64,000 nt of DNA from an uncultured virus (IMG/VR IMGVR_UViG_3300012665_001179). Lineage: Duplodnaviria; Heunggongvirae; Uroviricota; Caudoviricetes. The position numbers and the translations under genes were made by a program. Below are positions 18,962-29,060 of this stretch, piece by piece (position 1 is the first letter of the stretch; the number at the start of each line of letters is the position of its first letter). The stretch is taken from the IMG/VR virus record IMGVR_UViG_3300012665_001179. The stretch is one strand, 5' to 3'. The notes under the pieces are model-generated. The model ran no database searches. It worked only from the letters and a program-made list of their open reading frames with translations, and had not been told where the DNA came from.

Positions 18962-19888
18962 CTATATTATAGAATTATATTCATCAAAATAACCAGATAC
19001 TTGATATGTTCCATCTGATTTTCGTCTTTCAGCAACACTACTATCTAAATTAATTTCATCAAAAAACATTGATTTATACCGTTCAGGAGTAATTTGCATT
19101 TTTGAAAATGGAGGTGATAATGAACTCCAAGGAGCACCATTAATATTATTTACTGTAAAATTATTCGAACTTGAGTCTTTTAAAAGTTCATCACTAGTTA
19201 AATGTTTTAACAATAATTTAGTTTCTGATCCTGAAATAGCCGCAATATTTCCTAAAGCACTTTGATTTATATCAAATGGTGACCTAGGTACTGGAAAATT
19301 ACCAGTATAAACTCCTACACCATTTACAAATCTAAAATTAGTAATATATCCTGTACATCCAGCACCACCAGAAGTATTATATGCACCAATAACCATACCG
19401 CCATTCAATGCCGTTTGCGATGTTATACTAGTTGTGGATGTAATGGAAGCTAAATTTATACCATTTAAATAAACAGTAAATGTGTTTCCTATACGAACGA
19501 TGGCATAATGATGCCATGCATTTAAACTTGGTGCAGTTCCACAATTCAAATTAAACGACCATTCGGAATTCAAAACTTTTCCTAAATTTAAATTAAACTG
19601 TGAATTACCTACATTAAAATAGTAATTGTTTGGTGCTTGCTGTCTTGCTACACCATCATATGAAAATGCACAATCAAAATTACCTCTAACCGTCTGATAC
19701 ATCCAAAATTCGACAGTATGGTCGTTTGTGCCCAAAGTGAAAGCTGAATCAATTGGTACAGTTAAAAATTTACTTGGCGTATTTGAAACTTGAACACTAC
19801 CACCACTTACAGGCATAGAAATTTCATCAAGTTCACCACTAGTCTGTAATACTCCTGTGGGAAATAATCTCGAAACAGTTGTTGCCAT
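18962..19888 (-). CDS. LamG/concanavalin A-like lectin-domain virion protein
   Basis: DHTVEFWMY, LNAWHHYAIVRIGNTFTVYLNG, IG...GYITNFRFVNG..VYTGNF.VP, TKLLL and DSSSNN motifs. Confidence 0.85.
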   Translation of the reverse strand: MATTVSRLFPTGVLQTSGELDEISMPVSGGSVQVSNTPSKFLTVPIDSAFTLGTNDHTVEFWMYQTVRGNFDCAFSYDGVARQQAPNNYYFNVGNSQFNLNLGKVLNSEWSFNLNCGTAPSLNAWHHYAIVRIGNTFTVYLNGINLASITSTTSITSQTALNGGMVIGAYNTSGGAGCTGYITNFRFVNGVGVYTGNFPVPRSPFDINQSALGNIAAISGSETKLLLKHLTSDELLKDSSSNNFTVNNINGAPWSSLSPPFSKMQITPERYKSMFFDEINLDSSVAERRKSDGTYQVSGYFDEYNSII

Positions 19889-22800
19889 TATCCAAACACC
19901 GTATCTAAACTGTTTGTAGTTGAATTATAGAATTGATATACTATACTAACGTTAGATGTGTTTGAGAAACCTACTCTATTACCAACATAAACACTATCCG
20001 AAACACCAACGCCACCAGTAACCATCAAAGTACCTGTATTAGGACCTGTTGAAACTATGTTTGATGTAATGTTTAAGTTACCACTTATAGTATCACCAAC
20101 TTTTAAAACTCTATTGTTTGCAGCTGTGAACGCACCGTTAGCATATACTGCTGCGGAGTTTGCGGTTGTGAACCCACCGTTAGCATATACTGCTGCGGAG
20201 TTTGCAACATGATTCGGAGTATTAGCACGTAAGAATGCTGAGTTAGCATAATTTGCAGCACTAGTAACATTGTTAGCAACCGTAAATGCACCATTAGCAT
20301 AGTTTGCAGCACTTGTTACGTTGTTAGCAATTGTAAATGCACCATTAGCATAGTTTGCAGCACTGTTAGCTACATGACTCGGAGTATTAGCACGTAAGAA
20401 TGCTGAGTTAGCATAATTGCCAGCATTAACTGCTTTACCATCTGCTGTTGATGCATTATCGTCTGCTGTATTAGCCTTAGTAAATGCACCATTAGCATAG
20501 TTCGCAGCACTAGTTACATTATTTGCAGTTGTAAATGCACCATTAGCATAATTACCAGCACTGGTACCTTTGGCGTCAGCTGTATTGGCTGTGTCATATG
20601 CTAAGTTAGCTTGTATTCTAGACCAAACATCAGTAGAACCAGAAGCCGCAGAATTAGCTAAAGTGAATGCAGCATTAGCATAATTACCAGCATTAATTGC
20701 ATTTGTGTTAGCTGTATTTGCTGTAACGTATGCACCATTAGCATATGCGCCAGAACTTGCAGCTTGATCTAATGCAGTATTAGCATAAGCAAACGCAGTA
20801 TTTCCGTAAATACCAGAAGTGACTAAATCTGAAGCTACACTGTTAGCTTTAGCAAAAGCACCGTTAGCGTAACTTGATGCTCCTATTAGATTATAAGAAT
20901 CCGTATTCGCTAAAGCAAATGCTGCGTTAGCGTATAATCCTGCACTAACCGATTTAACATCTGCTGTATTGGCCGCAGTAAAGGCACCGTTAGCATAGTT
21001 ACCAGCTGAATTTGCTTTCTCGAATGCTGCATTTGATAATGTTGATAACAAAGTACCATTATTAAAATAGTAGTTATCAGTATAGATTGCATCAACATAA
21101 ACATTGCCTTGAATACCTACACCACCAGCAACTGTTAATGCACCGGTTGTTTTTGATATACTAGGAACAGTTGGTACAATAACAACATTATTAGCTGCCG
21201 TTATTCTCATCACTACATGTTGATCGGCAAAACCATTAGCCGTGAATACAATGTCGTTAGTTAAACCAGTACCTATAATTACATTACCACCACCCGTATA
21301 TGTATTTCCATAAACAAGGAAATAACCATCATTAGGTTTAATTATATCAAAACCTTCATAATCGTAAGTGCTACTTGCTAAACCAATATCTAAGTAAGTA
21401 TCAAGTGCTGTTCCATTATCAGCTGTGATAAACAGGTCGCCAGATGAATTGGGACCTGGATTAATATTCTGAATTCCAATTGCAGAATATCCATCATAAT
21501 TAGCACTAACTTGGAATACAATCTGTGGTTGAGTTAGATATCCTGAAGGTATACCAGCATATAACGCATTAAATCCATTTGCAGCATATCCAAAGAAACT
21601 ACCAGTATTACCAGAAATAGCAACAGAAGTTACGTTGCCTGAATATGAAATATTTCCAGTAACAGTAAGGTCACCAGTAACATTAACATTACCTGTTATT
21701 GTACCACCAGCAGTATTGAATTTAGTATTTGCACGATCATATGCTTCTTGTGCTAAAGTGCCAGAGGCATTCGCCTTGTCAAAGGAAGCGTTAGCTGTGA
21801 TATACGCACTATTAGCATAACTTCCAGAAGTAACAGCTCTACTATCAGCATTTGCAGCATTTGTATTAGCAGTGTTGGCTTGAGTAAATGCACCATTGGC
21901 ATAATTAGACGCATTGTTAGCAACTGCAAAGGCACTGTTAGCATATCTACCAGAAACTATCGCATTTGTGTTTGCGGTGTTTGCACCTGTAAATGCACCA
22001 TTAGCATAATTAGATGCGTTGTTAGCAACTTCAAATCCAGCATTAGCATGATTGTAAGCAGCATTAGATTGTATGAATCCTGCATTTGCAGTTATGTACG
22101 CACCATTAGCATATACATCAGCAGATTGTAATGCTATATTTGCGTAACTGGTGCCGTCATTAGTTAACTGCCAATTATCTACAGTTTCATTCCAAAGTAA
22201 AGATACATTTGGTACACCACCACGGTTTACTTTAATTCCAGAATCTTCAATAGGAATATCAAATAAAGTTAATTCAGAATTTAATAGTATAGTATTAGAA
22301 CCGACACCTAAGTCTCCAGTAATAATTACATTGCCCGTTACTGTTCCGCCAGAACTACTAAATTTACCGTTAGCAACCGCAAAGGCAGCATTAGAATATG
22401 ATGCTGCGGAGTTTGCAGCAATAAAAGAAGCATTAGCATATATTGCAGATGAATTAGCAACACTAAATCCTGAATTAGAATATGATGCTGCTGAATTCGC
22501 AACAGCAAAAGCAGAATTGGTATATACTGCGGCTGAATTAGCTACTGTAAAAGAACTATTAGAATATACTCCCGCAGAATTAGCGGCAACAAATGAACTA
22601 TTCGAATAAGATGCTGCGGAATTGGCTACTTCAAAAGCAGAATTAGAATATATTGAAGCTGAATTGGAAGTTACAAAGGCAGCATTAGCATATACTGCTG
22701 CCGAATTCGATGTCACAAAGGCAGCATTAGCATATATCGTGGCAGAATTAGCAGTAATGAAAGAAGCATTAGCAGTATTCGAAACACCTGTACCTCCAGT

Positions 22801-25053
22801 ACCAGAACCTATACCAGAATAATTTACACCATCATTAGTAAATTCCCATTCATCACGAACTTCATTCCATCGTAATTGTACAGGAGGTTCATCTCCACGT
22901 ATAACTCTAAATCCTACATTTTGTGTTGGTACACCCGATTGATTATAAGCTAAATCAATTTGATCGTCTCGAATTCTTAATGTAGATACATCAAGTGTTG
23001 TGGATGAACCATTAAAAGTTACATTACCGTCAACTCGCAAATCACCAGTGATTGTACCGCCAGTTAACGATAGTTTTCCGTTTGCCGCAGCAAAGGCAGC
23101 GTTAGCTGTATTGGCTGCATATGAGGTTAAACCTGTTCCGCCTAAAGCAGTATTTACAGCATTAGCAGCATAACTTGCAAGATTGTAAGCAATGTTAGCA
23201 GTTGAACTTGCATCATTGGCAACATTCAGTGCAGTATTTCCGTTCGCAAAATCAATAACTGAGTTTGCTTTTCCGAATGCCGCTAATGCAATACTTCTTG
23301 CCGTGTTAGCTGTATTGAAAGCAGCATTCGCTTGATTATATGCATTAGTAACATTGTTTGCTGCATCACTCGCAGCATTAGCAACATTAGAAGAATTTCT
23401 TGCTGTAGTTAATGCAAGATTCGCAGTATCAAAAGAAGCGTTTGCAGAATTAAACGCTAAATTAATTCTGATGGGATCGGCTAAGTTTGCTTTATCAAAA
23501 GCCGCATTTGCGTAGATTGCTGCGGAGTTTGCAGTACCACTAGGTGTATTCGCCTGTACAAAAATGGTGTTTGCTCTGGCATCTAATACATTTAACTTAC
23601 TATCAACAGTAGAAACTAAAGCTTCGGCAGCTGCAGCTGCACCAGCAGCAATCGCAGCATCAGAAATTGCAGTATTGGCCTTAGCGAATGCTGCGTTAGC
23701 ATATATTTCTGCTATTTCAGAAGCAACATTATTATAAACTGTACCATCGGTTGTGTACTGCCATTTACGTGCAGATTCACTCCATCTAAATGACACATTT
23801 GCAGAACTACCACGATTAACTTCTATACCAGAATCTTGTGTTGGTGCAGTCGATGTTGGTAAATCTGCATTGAGTGTAATGATATTATCACCAATGTTTA
23901 ACTCGTTGGTGTTTACATATGTTATATTTCCGCTGACTGTTAGATTACCAGCAACAACCATGTTGCCTGTAATTGTACCACCAGTTGTATTAAACTTTGT
24001 ATTCGCAACCGCAAAGGCTGCATTTGCCTTATCAAACGCACCAGAAGCATTAGCACTAACCGATGCCGTATTGAAAGAAATATTTGCTTGATTTGATGCA
24101 AGTAGGTTTACAGTTTCGAGTGCTGCCAGTGTTGGCGCATAAACTGAATTAGCTAATGAATATGCTATGTTTGCTTGATTGAATGCCGAATTCGCATATT
24201 GACTTGCTCCATTTGCTTGTTCAAAAGAAGCATTTGCACGAGTTCTAGCTAACGCATCGGTTGTACCACCAAAAGAATTTGCCAATGCAAATGCCGCATT
24301 AGCGTATATACCTGCACTTATTGATCTTGCGTTTGCATTATTAGCAGCTGCAAATGCACCATTAGCATACACTGCTGATGAATTCGCAACGTGACTTGGA
24401 GTATTTGCGGCTATAAAAGCGGCATTAGCAGTATTATATGCACCTTGAGCAAATTGTGGTGTTGCTGCATTGGCAGCTTCAAACGCAGCATTTGCCTTAT
24501 GAAAAGCATTGTTTGCAGTGCTATAAGCACTAATAGTATATGCTTCACTTGCAACTGAAATAGCAGCATTTGCTACCTGAGTTAAACGTCCTTTTTCATC
24601 GACTGTAAACACCGGAATGTTAGATGCACCACCATATGTTCCTGCTACAACTCCAGTCGTATTCAATGTTAATACGTAACTGTTATTACCTGACCCATTG
24701 GTTGTTATTCTGGCATTTGCATCGCCAGTCAAAGTCATTGTGATGGTGTTTGCTAATACTCTAGCCGCATTTGCAGTTCCGAAAAGACTACCTGTAACTG
24801 TACCAACAAAACTATTAGCTACAATATTACCTTGTGCTGTTCTTAGTACTAGTGTATTTGGAATTGCTTGAGCTGTTCTAGAATCTATGATCTGAGTGTA
24901 GTAATAACCGCCAGTGTTCTGTACAGAACCATCTGGATGTCCTATAAACAATACATCAGAAACAAACGAATATGCCTGTTCACCTGCAAACAAACTGCCG
25001 GCCGCAGGAGAAGTATTCGCTACGGAATATTTTATTACTAATGAGGTAGCCAC
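19888..25053 (-). CDS. Long tail-fibre-like protein with coiled-coil heptad repeats
   Basis: 1721 aa, GTG start; N-terminal IKYS...P..GSL.AGE.AYS....LFIG (Mtd_N-like) motif, TGVVAGTYG...VDEKGRLT motif, three RG...WNE....W..TNDG domains and long ANxAF/ANxAxxY arrays. Confidence 0.8.
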   Translation of the reverse strand: MATSLVIKYSVANTSPAAGSLFAGEQAYSFVSDVLFIGHPDGSVQNTGGYYYTQIIDSRTAQAIPNTLVLRTAQGNIVANSFVGTVTGSLFGTANAARVLANTITMTLTGDANARITTNGSGNNSYVLTLNTTGVVAGTYGGASNIPVFTVDEKGRLTQVANAAISVASEAYTISAYSTANNAFHKANAAFEAANAATPQFAQGAYNTANAAFIAANTPSHVANSSAVYANGAFAAANNANARSISAGIYANAAFALANSFGGTTDALARTRANASFEQANGASQYANSAFNQANIAYSLANSVYAPTLAALETVNLLASNQANISFNTASVSANASGAFDKANAAFAVANTKFNTTGGTITGNMVVAGNLTVSGNITYVNTNELNIGDNIITLNADLPTSTAPTQDSGIEVNRGSSANVSFRWSESARKWQYTTDGTVYNNVASEIAEIYANAAFAKANTAISDAAIAAGAAAAAEALVSTVDSKLNVLDARANTIFVQANTPSGTANSAAIYANAAFDKANLADPIRINLAFNSANASFDTANLALTTARNSSNVANAASDAANNVTNAYNQANAAFNTANTARSIALAAFGKANSVIDFANGNTALNVANDASSTANIAYNLASYAANAVNTALGGTGLTSYAANTANAAFAAANGKLSLTGGTITGDLRVDGNVTFNGSSTTLDVSTLRIRDDQIDLAYNQSGVPTQNVGFRVIRGDEPPVQLRWNEVRDEWEFTNDGVNYSGIGSGTGGTGVSNTANASFITANSATIYANAAFVTSNSAAVYANAAFVTSNSASIYSNSAFEVANSAASYSNSSFVAANSAGVYSNSSFTVANSAAVYTNSAFAVANSAASYSNSGFSVANSSAIYANASFIAANSAASYSNAAFAVANGKFSSSGGTVTGNVIITGDLGVGSNTILLNSELTLFDIPIEDSGIKVNRGGVPNVSLLWNETVDNWQLTNDGTSYANIALQSADVYANGAYITANAGFIQSNAAYNHANAGFEVANNASNYANGAFTGANTANTNAIVSGRYANSAFAVANNASNYANGAFTQANTANTNAANADSRAVTSGSYANSAYITANASFDKANASGTLAQEAYDRANTKFNTAGGTITGNVNVTGDLTVTGNISYSGNVTSVAISGNTGSFFGYAANGFNALYAGIPSGYLTQPQIVFQVSANYDGYSAIGIQNINPGPNSSGDLFITADNGTALDTYLDIGLASSTYDYEGFDIIKPNDGYFLVYGNTYTGGGNVIIGTGLTNDIVFTANGFADQHVVMRITAANNVVIVPTVPSISKTTGALTVAGGVGIQGNVYVDAIYTDNYYFNNGTLLSTLSNAAFEKANSAGNYANGAFTAANTADVKSVSAGLYANAAFALANTDSYNLIGASSYANGAFAKANSVASDLVTSGIYGNTAFAYANTALDQAASSGAYANGAYVTANTANTNAINAGNYANAAFTLANSAASGSTDVWSRIQANLAYDTANTADAKGTSAGNYANGAFTTANNVTSAANYANGAFTKANTADDNASTADGKAVNAGNYANSAFLRANTPSHVANSAANYANGAFTIANNVTSAANYANGAFTVANNVTSAANYANSAFLRANTPNHVANSAAVYANGGFTTANSAAVYANGAFTAANNRVLKVGDTISGNLNITSNIVSTGPNTGTLMVTGGVGVSDSVYVGNRVGFSNTSNVSIVYQFYNSTTNSLDTVFG
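22365..22773 (-). repeat. About nine tandem degenerate 42-bp (14-aa) coding repeats
   Basis: ANSATIYANAAFVT / SNSAAVYANAAFVT / SNSASIYSNSAFEV ..., with Asn every 7 residues. Confidence 0.85.
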
Positions 25054-25054
25054 G

Positions 25055-25258
25055 TTAGAAAGATCCGCCAGTTACAGGTGGAACAGTTTTAAATACAAAC
25101 TTACCAGAAGAGGCTTCGTATGTTAATACATGTCCATCAGCTATATTATTAGGAACTACAACATTTGTTATTTGTTGCATTGCAAGATTTGCTGTCTGTG
25201 CAACAGTCACCGATGCAACTGTTGTCTTTTGTGGTTTTACTTGAATTTGTATTGGCAT
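25055..25258 (-). CDS. Small fibre-associated structural protein
   Basis: 67 aa with a DG.VL.Y....GKF motif and terminal GGSF, as in short fibre-associated modules. Confidence 0.6.
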   Translation of the reverse strand: MPIQIQVKPQKTTVASVTVAQTANLAMQQITNVVVPNNIADGHVLTYEASSGKFVFKTVPPVTGGSF

Positions 25259-25260
25259 TT

Positions 25261-25593
25261 TTATCTCGTGACATTAGGTAATACTGTTATAATACCTTCA
25301 AATATTCGAGTTATAGCACCTGCTCCATTATCTATCTCTACATCATATACGTATCTTCCTGCGGTTAAATTTGCGGTGTTAGCAGCACTCATAGACATGG
25401 TGATTTCGCCACTACCTGGTGATGTAACTGAAACTGTGAAGTCTTGTTTAGTGGAAGAATAATACGATTTACGCATTTGTGATCTGGCAGTATATCCAGA
25501 TAGATTTTGACTAACTCCAGTACCATCACTTACCGTGATAACAGTATTAAAAGTCGCACCTTGTTCTAATGTTAGTTCTACGAATTCAGCCAC
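25261..25593 (-). CDS. Small beta-sandwich virion protein (fibre adaptor-like)
   Basis: 110 aa: LEQGATF...NLSGYTARSQMRKSY...GEITMSMSAANTANL.AGRYVYDVEI...RIFEGIITV.P.VTR, a pattern common in T4-like aquatic phage fibre regions; GTG start with GGAG SD. Confidence 0.75.
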   Translation of the reverse strand: MAEFVELTLEQGATFNTVITVSDGTGVSQNLSGYTARSQMRKSYYSSTKQDFTVSVTSPGSGEITMSMSAANTANLTAGRYVYDVEIDNGAGAITRIFEGIITVLPNVTR

Positions 25594-25643
25594 AATAACT
25601 CCTTTTTATTGTCTATTTAGTCAAACCAAGTAGTCTATTTTAA

Positions 25644-26207
25644 CTAATCTGTTCCTAAAAATAAATCTACAGGCAAACATAATCTATGATTTGAAGAACA
25701 AGCACTAACATAATGATACACAAAGCTTGGAAATACTATAAAATCTCCCATCACCGGTTGATATTGTATAGGTTGAAAAATATTCTGAAATTCTAAAGGA
25801 TATCCTCGATTCGAATTGTTTCTAGGATCCGTAAATATAAGGCTTCCACCCTCATTTTGTTCACCCGTTAAGATATAAAAAACGGCACTTAAATGTGCGC
25901 CAGAATGATTATGACTAGGTAGACTGGACTGGTTAAACCAAGATTTCATTTCACAATCGAAATCATCTAAATTTTGATGAAAGATTTCATTCAAATATAA
26001 TTTAAAAGTTGGATAAACTATATTATTTTTAAAACTCAGTACACATTCATTATCACACTCAAATAAATTAGAATCTTTTATGGTGTTATCTTCATTAAAA
26101 TTTGGAGTAGAAAAAAATGCATTAGCTAAATTTTCTAAAATTTCAGTGTCTTCTATTTTTCCACGATAAAAACTCGTAGTCCAAAATTCATTAAATCCTA
26201 AATTCAT
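25644..26207 (-). CDS. Putative 2OG-Fe(II) oxygenase (HxH...H type)
   Basis: HNHSGAHLSAVFYI, GGSLIFTDPR, GDFIVFPSFVYHYV and a distal Arg (HRLCL). Confidence 0.85.
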   Translation of the reverse strand: MNLGFNEFWTTSFYRGKIEDTEILENLANAFFSTPNFNEDNTIKDSNLFECDNECVLSFKNNIVYPTFKLYLNEIFHQNLDDFDCEMKSWFNQSSLPSHNHSGAHLSAVFYILTGEQNEGGSLIFTDPRNNSNRGYPLEFQNIFQPIQYQPVMGDFIVFPSFVYHYVSACSSNHRLCLPVDLFLGTD

Positions 26208-26618
26208 TTATTTATCCTCAATGTTTACCATAAATTCTTCCATAAAATACTCTTTAATATCAGGAACAATTCCTAAAGTCTCATCAAAATCTAAACCAAT
26301 TATTTTTAAAATGCCATCATAGATATCTTTACCATTCTCATATGTTACGAAGTAAGGATCATTGTTAAATAATAAAGAAGGGTCATTCAAAACTTCATAG
26401 AAATTTTCTCCAAAATATTTACTAATCCATCTAGCATAACATATACCTACAACATAACTTTTTGCTGGATAAACCCAACCTAATTCAGTAGTTGTAAAAT
26501 ATTTTATAGAAGATTCTACGATATTATCATCAATTACAATATTGTGCAATTTTAAATCATCATCATGATTCTTATTTAATCTATGAAATATGTCTTGTCT
26601 AATTTTCCACTCTTTCAT
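26208..26618 (-). CDS. Hypothetical protein in the radical SAM/oxygenase cluster
   Basis: 136 aa, abuts both neighbours; YPAKSY and L.DP.LL..NDPYF motifs; no family recognised. Confidence 0.7.
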   Translation of the reverse strand: MKEWKIRQDIFHRLNKNHDDDLKLHNIVIDDNIVESSIKYFTTTELGWVYPAKSYVVGICYARWISKYFGENFYEVLNDPSLLFNNDPYFVTYENGKDIYDGILKIIGLDFDETLGIVPDIKEYFMEEFMVNIEDK

Positions 26619-27139
26619 TATTGCATCACCATATTAATAACTATTCTTTTTTTATCTGTGTTTATTTCATCGACTCTATGAATAAGTTCTGAAGAATGAT
26701 TCATCAAAACAACATTCCCATTTTTAGGATAATAATGTTTTTCTTCACCATCAAAAGATTTAATTTGTAAACTTCCACCATCTCCAATATCTAAATCTGA
26801 TTGATAACATAAAGCTTGTATTGTTATATTTTCTTTTTTATCTGTGTGCCAATTATTGCCATTATCGTCTATACCGTAGTAACAAATAGAACGCATAATT
26901 TTTAAATTGGGATAATATACTTCATATCTAGGTAACTGTGTATCTTTTAATATCTTTGACGCTGAAAGACATAAACTTGTACCGTAAAGTCCTACTGTAT
27001 TAGTTGTTTGATTCCATTTTATATTGGAAGGCACAATATCTTTCAATCGTTCATCATGATAACAATAATAACCATACAACATAAGGCTAAGGTGCATATC
27101 ATCCGAATTAAATTCTTTATTAGCTTCTATTATTTTCAT
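26618..27139 (-). CDS. 2OG-Fe(II) oxygenase
   Basis: HxD (WHTD), GGSLQI, PKNGNVVLM, distal His (IHRV) and Arg (KRIVI). Confidence 0.8.
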   Translation of the reverse strand: MKIIEANKEFNSDDMHLSLMLYGYYCYHDERLKDIVPSNIKWNQTTNTVGLYGTSLCLSASKILKDTQLPRYEVYYPNLKIMRSICYYGIDDNGNNWHTDKKENITIQALCYQSDLDIGDGGSLQIKSFDGEEKHYYPKNGNVVLMNHSSELIHRVDEINTDKKRIVINMVMQ

Positions 27140-28034
27140 ACCATTTTATGAGATGTTTAAACCCATTACAACTTTCATCTAAAGACTTTACTTCACGTAA
27201 ATGTTCAGATAAACAATTACCATAATACTCACAACTAGAACAATATTTATTTAAACCAACACGATGTTTTTCTTTATCACACCATTGCCAATATTCTCCT
27301 AAAGTATCATATTCTAAAAAGAATTCGTTATCGTTTAAGTCGAATTCCAAAACACCATATTTTCCATTTGGAGTAATGTAAATATGATCGTCTGAAAAAC
27401 TGTTTCGTGTTTTATCTAATACCGAATCTAATAAAGATTCATTTACAAATTCAAATTTTTTATCAGTATGAAGTATCCACTTTTTGACAAAATCTTCAAA
27501 TGAAGTGTAAGGAACATCAAATTGATTTGCTTGATTTGAACTATAAGGTTTTATTTCGACAGAAACTAAATTATCAAGCATGTTGAACATATCAATCATC
27601 TCATCAACATCTTTCTTCATAACATCTGAAGAAGCCAATACCAATATAGAAAATGGTTTATTCAGTAATGCCATGTTTTTAAATACTCGTTCGGAATCTT
27701 CTCTAGCATCAAAATCATAACTAACTGTTGTGTAAACTCTATCATCAAGAGTGATATCATTTACCATCGATAAATTGGTAATTAAACTTATATCATCAAT
27801 ACCATACACATTCAAAAGAGTTATTAAATCATTCCAATATTGTTTAGGTAATAGACCTAATTCTCCACCATACAAGTCAACTTTATCAATATTTACATGT
27901 TGTGAAATTTCCGATAGAATTTCATTGAGTCTATCTAATTCTAATAATTTTTTATCTGATAATTGTTGTTCGGTAAGGTAACAAAATTTACATCTAAAAT
28001 TGCAATAGTACCAAGGATTGATCGACAGTATCAT
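27120..28034 (-). CDS. Radical SAM protein with partial SPASM-like C-terminus
   Basis: CNFRCKFC (CxxxCxxC), YGGEL, and C-terminal CSSCEYYGNCLSEH...SC. Confidence 0.92.
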   Translation of the reverse strand: MILSINPWYYCNFRCKFCYLTEQQLSDKKLLELDRLNEILSEISQHVNIDKVDLYGGELGLLPKQYWNDLITLLNVYGIDDISLITNLSMVNDITLDDRVYTTVSYDFDAREDSERVFKNMALLNKPFSILVLASSDVMKKDVDEMIDMFNMLDNLVSVEIKPYSSNQANQFDVPYTSFEDFVKKWILHTDKKFEFVNESLLDSVLDKTRNSFSDDHIYITPNGKYGVLEFDLNDNEFFLEYDTLGEYWQWCDKEKHRVGLNKYCSSCEYYGNCLSEHLREVKSLDESCNGFKHLIKWYENNRS

Positions 28035-29059
28035 ATTCCATTTGCTTTTAATATATCAGGTGCCAGTGTTTTCATTTTCTTACAATGTGTAGAATTCATA
28101 TTATATGTTTTATGGTCTTTGATTGTTTTTTTACATCCATTACATATTTCAAACATAGGACAAGTGTAACAATCATCTGTCATAGTCTGCAACTCTAAAA
28201 TATTCCTAATAGGAAATATTTTTTTGCCTTTCATTTCTTGATTAAAATCAATACTGTATTCTCTATCATCACCAAAAGCACCGCAGGAATAATAATCTCC
28301 TGAAGGCTGAAGCGTTCTAATAGTAGAATCACATTCACGATTTTGAGGACAACAAGTTGATTGTCCTATTAAACGTTTCATCATTTGTTTAGTATTAAAT
28401 TCCCACGGATGTAATCCTTTTTTCCATATCTCAACATATATCTCATATATGTTTGCTAGTAAATATGGTTTGCCTTGTTGCCCCATTATGATGCCTTTAA
28501 ATTTAACTGGGGGACCACTACTCATTGCATAGTTAAGTTTACATTCAACTCCCATGCGTTTTGCAAGCTCTACATTTTTGATAGCGTCATGTTCATTTTC
28601 TTCTGTTATAACGCTAATAAAATCGGGTCTATAACCACAATGTTCTAACATAGCATCGCTACATTTCCAAAAATCTTCTTCAGTAAATTCGGATAGATCA
28701 CCTTTCAATCTACCTCCACCATACTGAAAAGATGTGGTCACTCCCATTCGTGGATGATTAAATAAGTCTTTCCATTTATTAGGATTTTTATAAAATGGCC
28801 AAAGATTACTTGTAAAAGAAATAGTGGCGTGAGAATCAATATCATCTAAGTGTTTAATTAAATCCCAATAGTATTGAGGATCCATCATCAATGGATCACC
28901 ACCATTAACAATTATAGTTTTGGTTTCTGGAAAACGTTTTAAGAATTGGTAGATGTAATCTAAATCTAACTCTAAAGATTTATCTTCGGTAATATTTGTG
29001 CTAGAACAAAAAGTACATTTAAAGTTACATCGTTCTGTAGGTTTAATTATTAAGTCCAT
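28031..29059 (-). CDS. Radical SAM/SPASM protein
   Basis: IKPTERCNFKCTFC, NGGDPL, CCPQNREC...YSC and CYTCPMFEICNGC...HC. Confidence 0.94.
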   Translation of the reverse strand: MDLIIKPTERCNFKCTFCSSTNITEDKSLELDLDYIYQFLKRFPETKTIIVNGGDPLMMDPQYYWDLIKHLDDIDSHATISFTSNLWPFYKNPNKWKDLFNHPRMGVTTSFQYGGGRLKGDLSEFTEEDFWKCSDAMLEHCGYRPDFISVITEENEHDAIKNVELAKRMGVECKLNYAMSSGPPVKFKGIIMGQQGKPYLLANIYEIYVEIWKKGLHPWEFNTKQMMKRLIGQSTCCPQNRECDSTIRTLQPSGDYYSCGAFGDDREYSIDFNQEMKGKKIFPIRNILELQTMTDDCYTCPMFEICNGCKKTIKDHKTYNMNSTHCKKMKTLAPDILKANGI

Positions 29060-29060
29060 T

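Noticed and set aside
22365..22773. Regular 42-bp periodicity as a possible CRISPR array
   Set aside because: Units are degenerate, in frame and have no constant repeat/unique spacer alternation; they encode coiled-coil heptads.
16567..25053. Near-identical segments between fibre genes as a diversity-generating retroelement TR/VR pair
   Set aside because: No reverse transcriptase in the window, both copies are internal coding stalk segments, and the differences are not confined to adenines.
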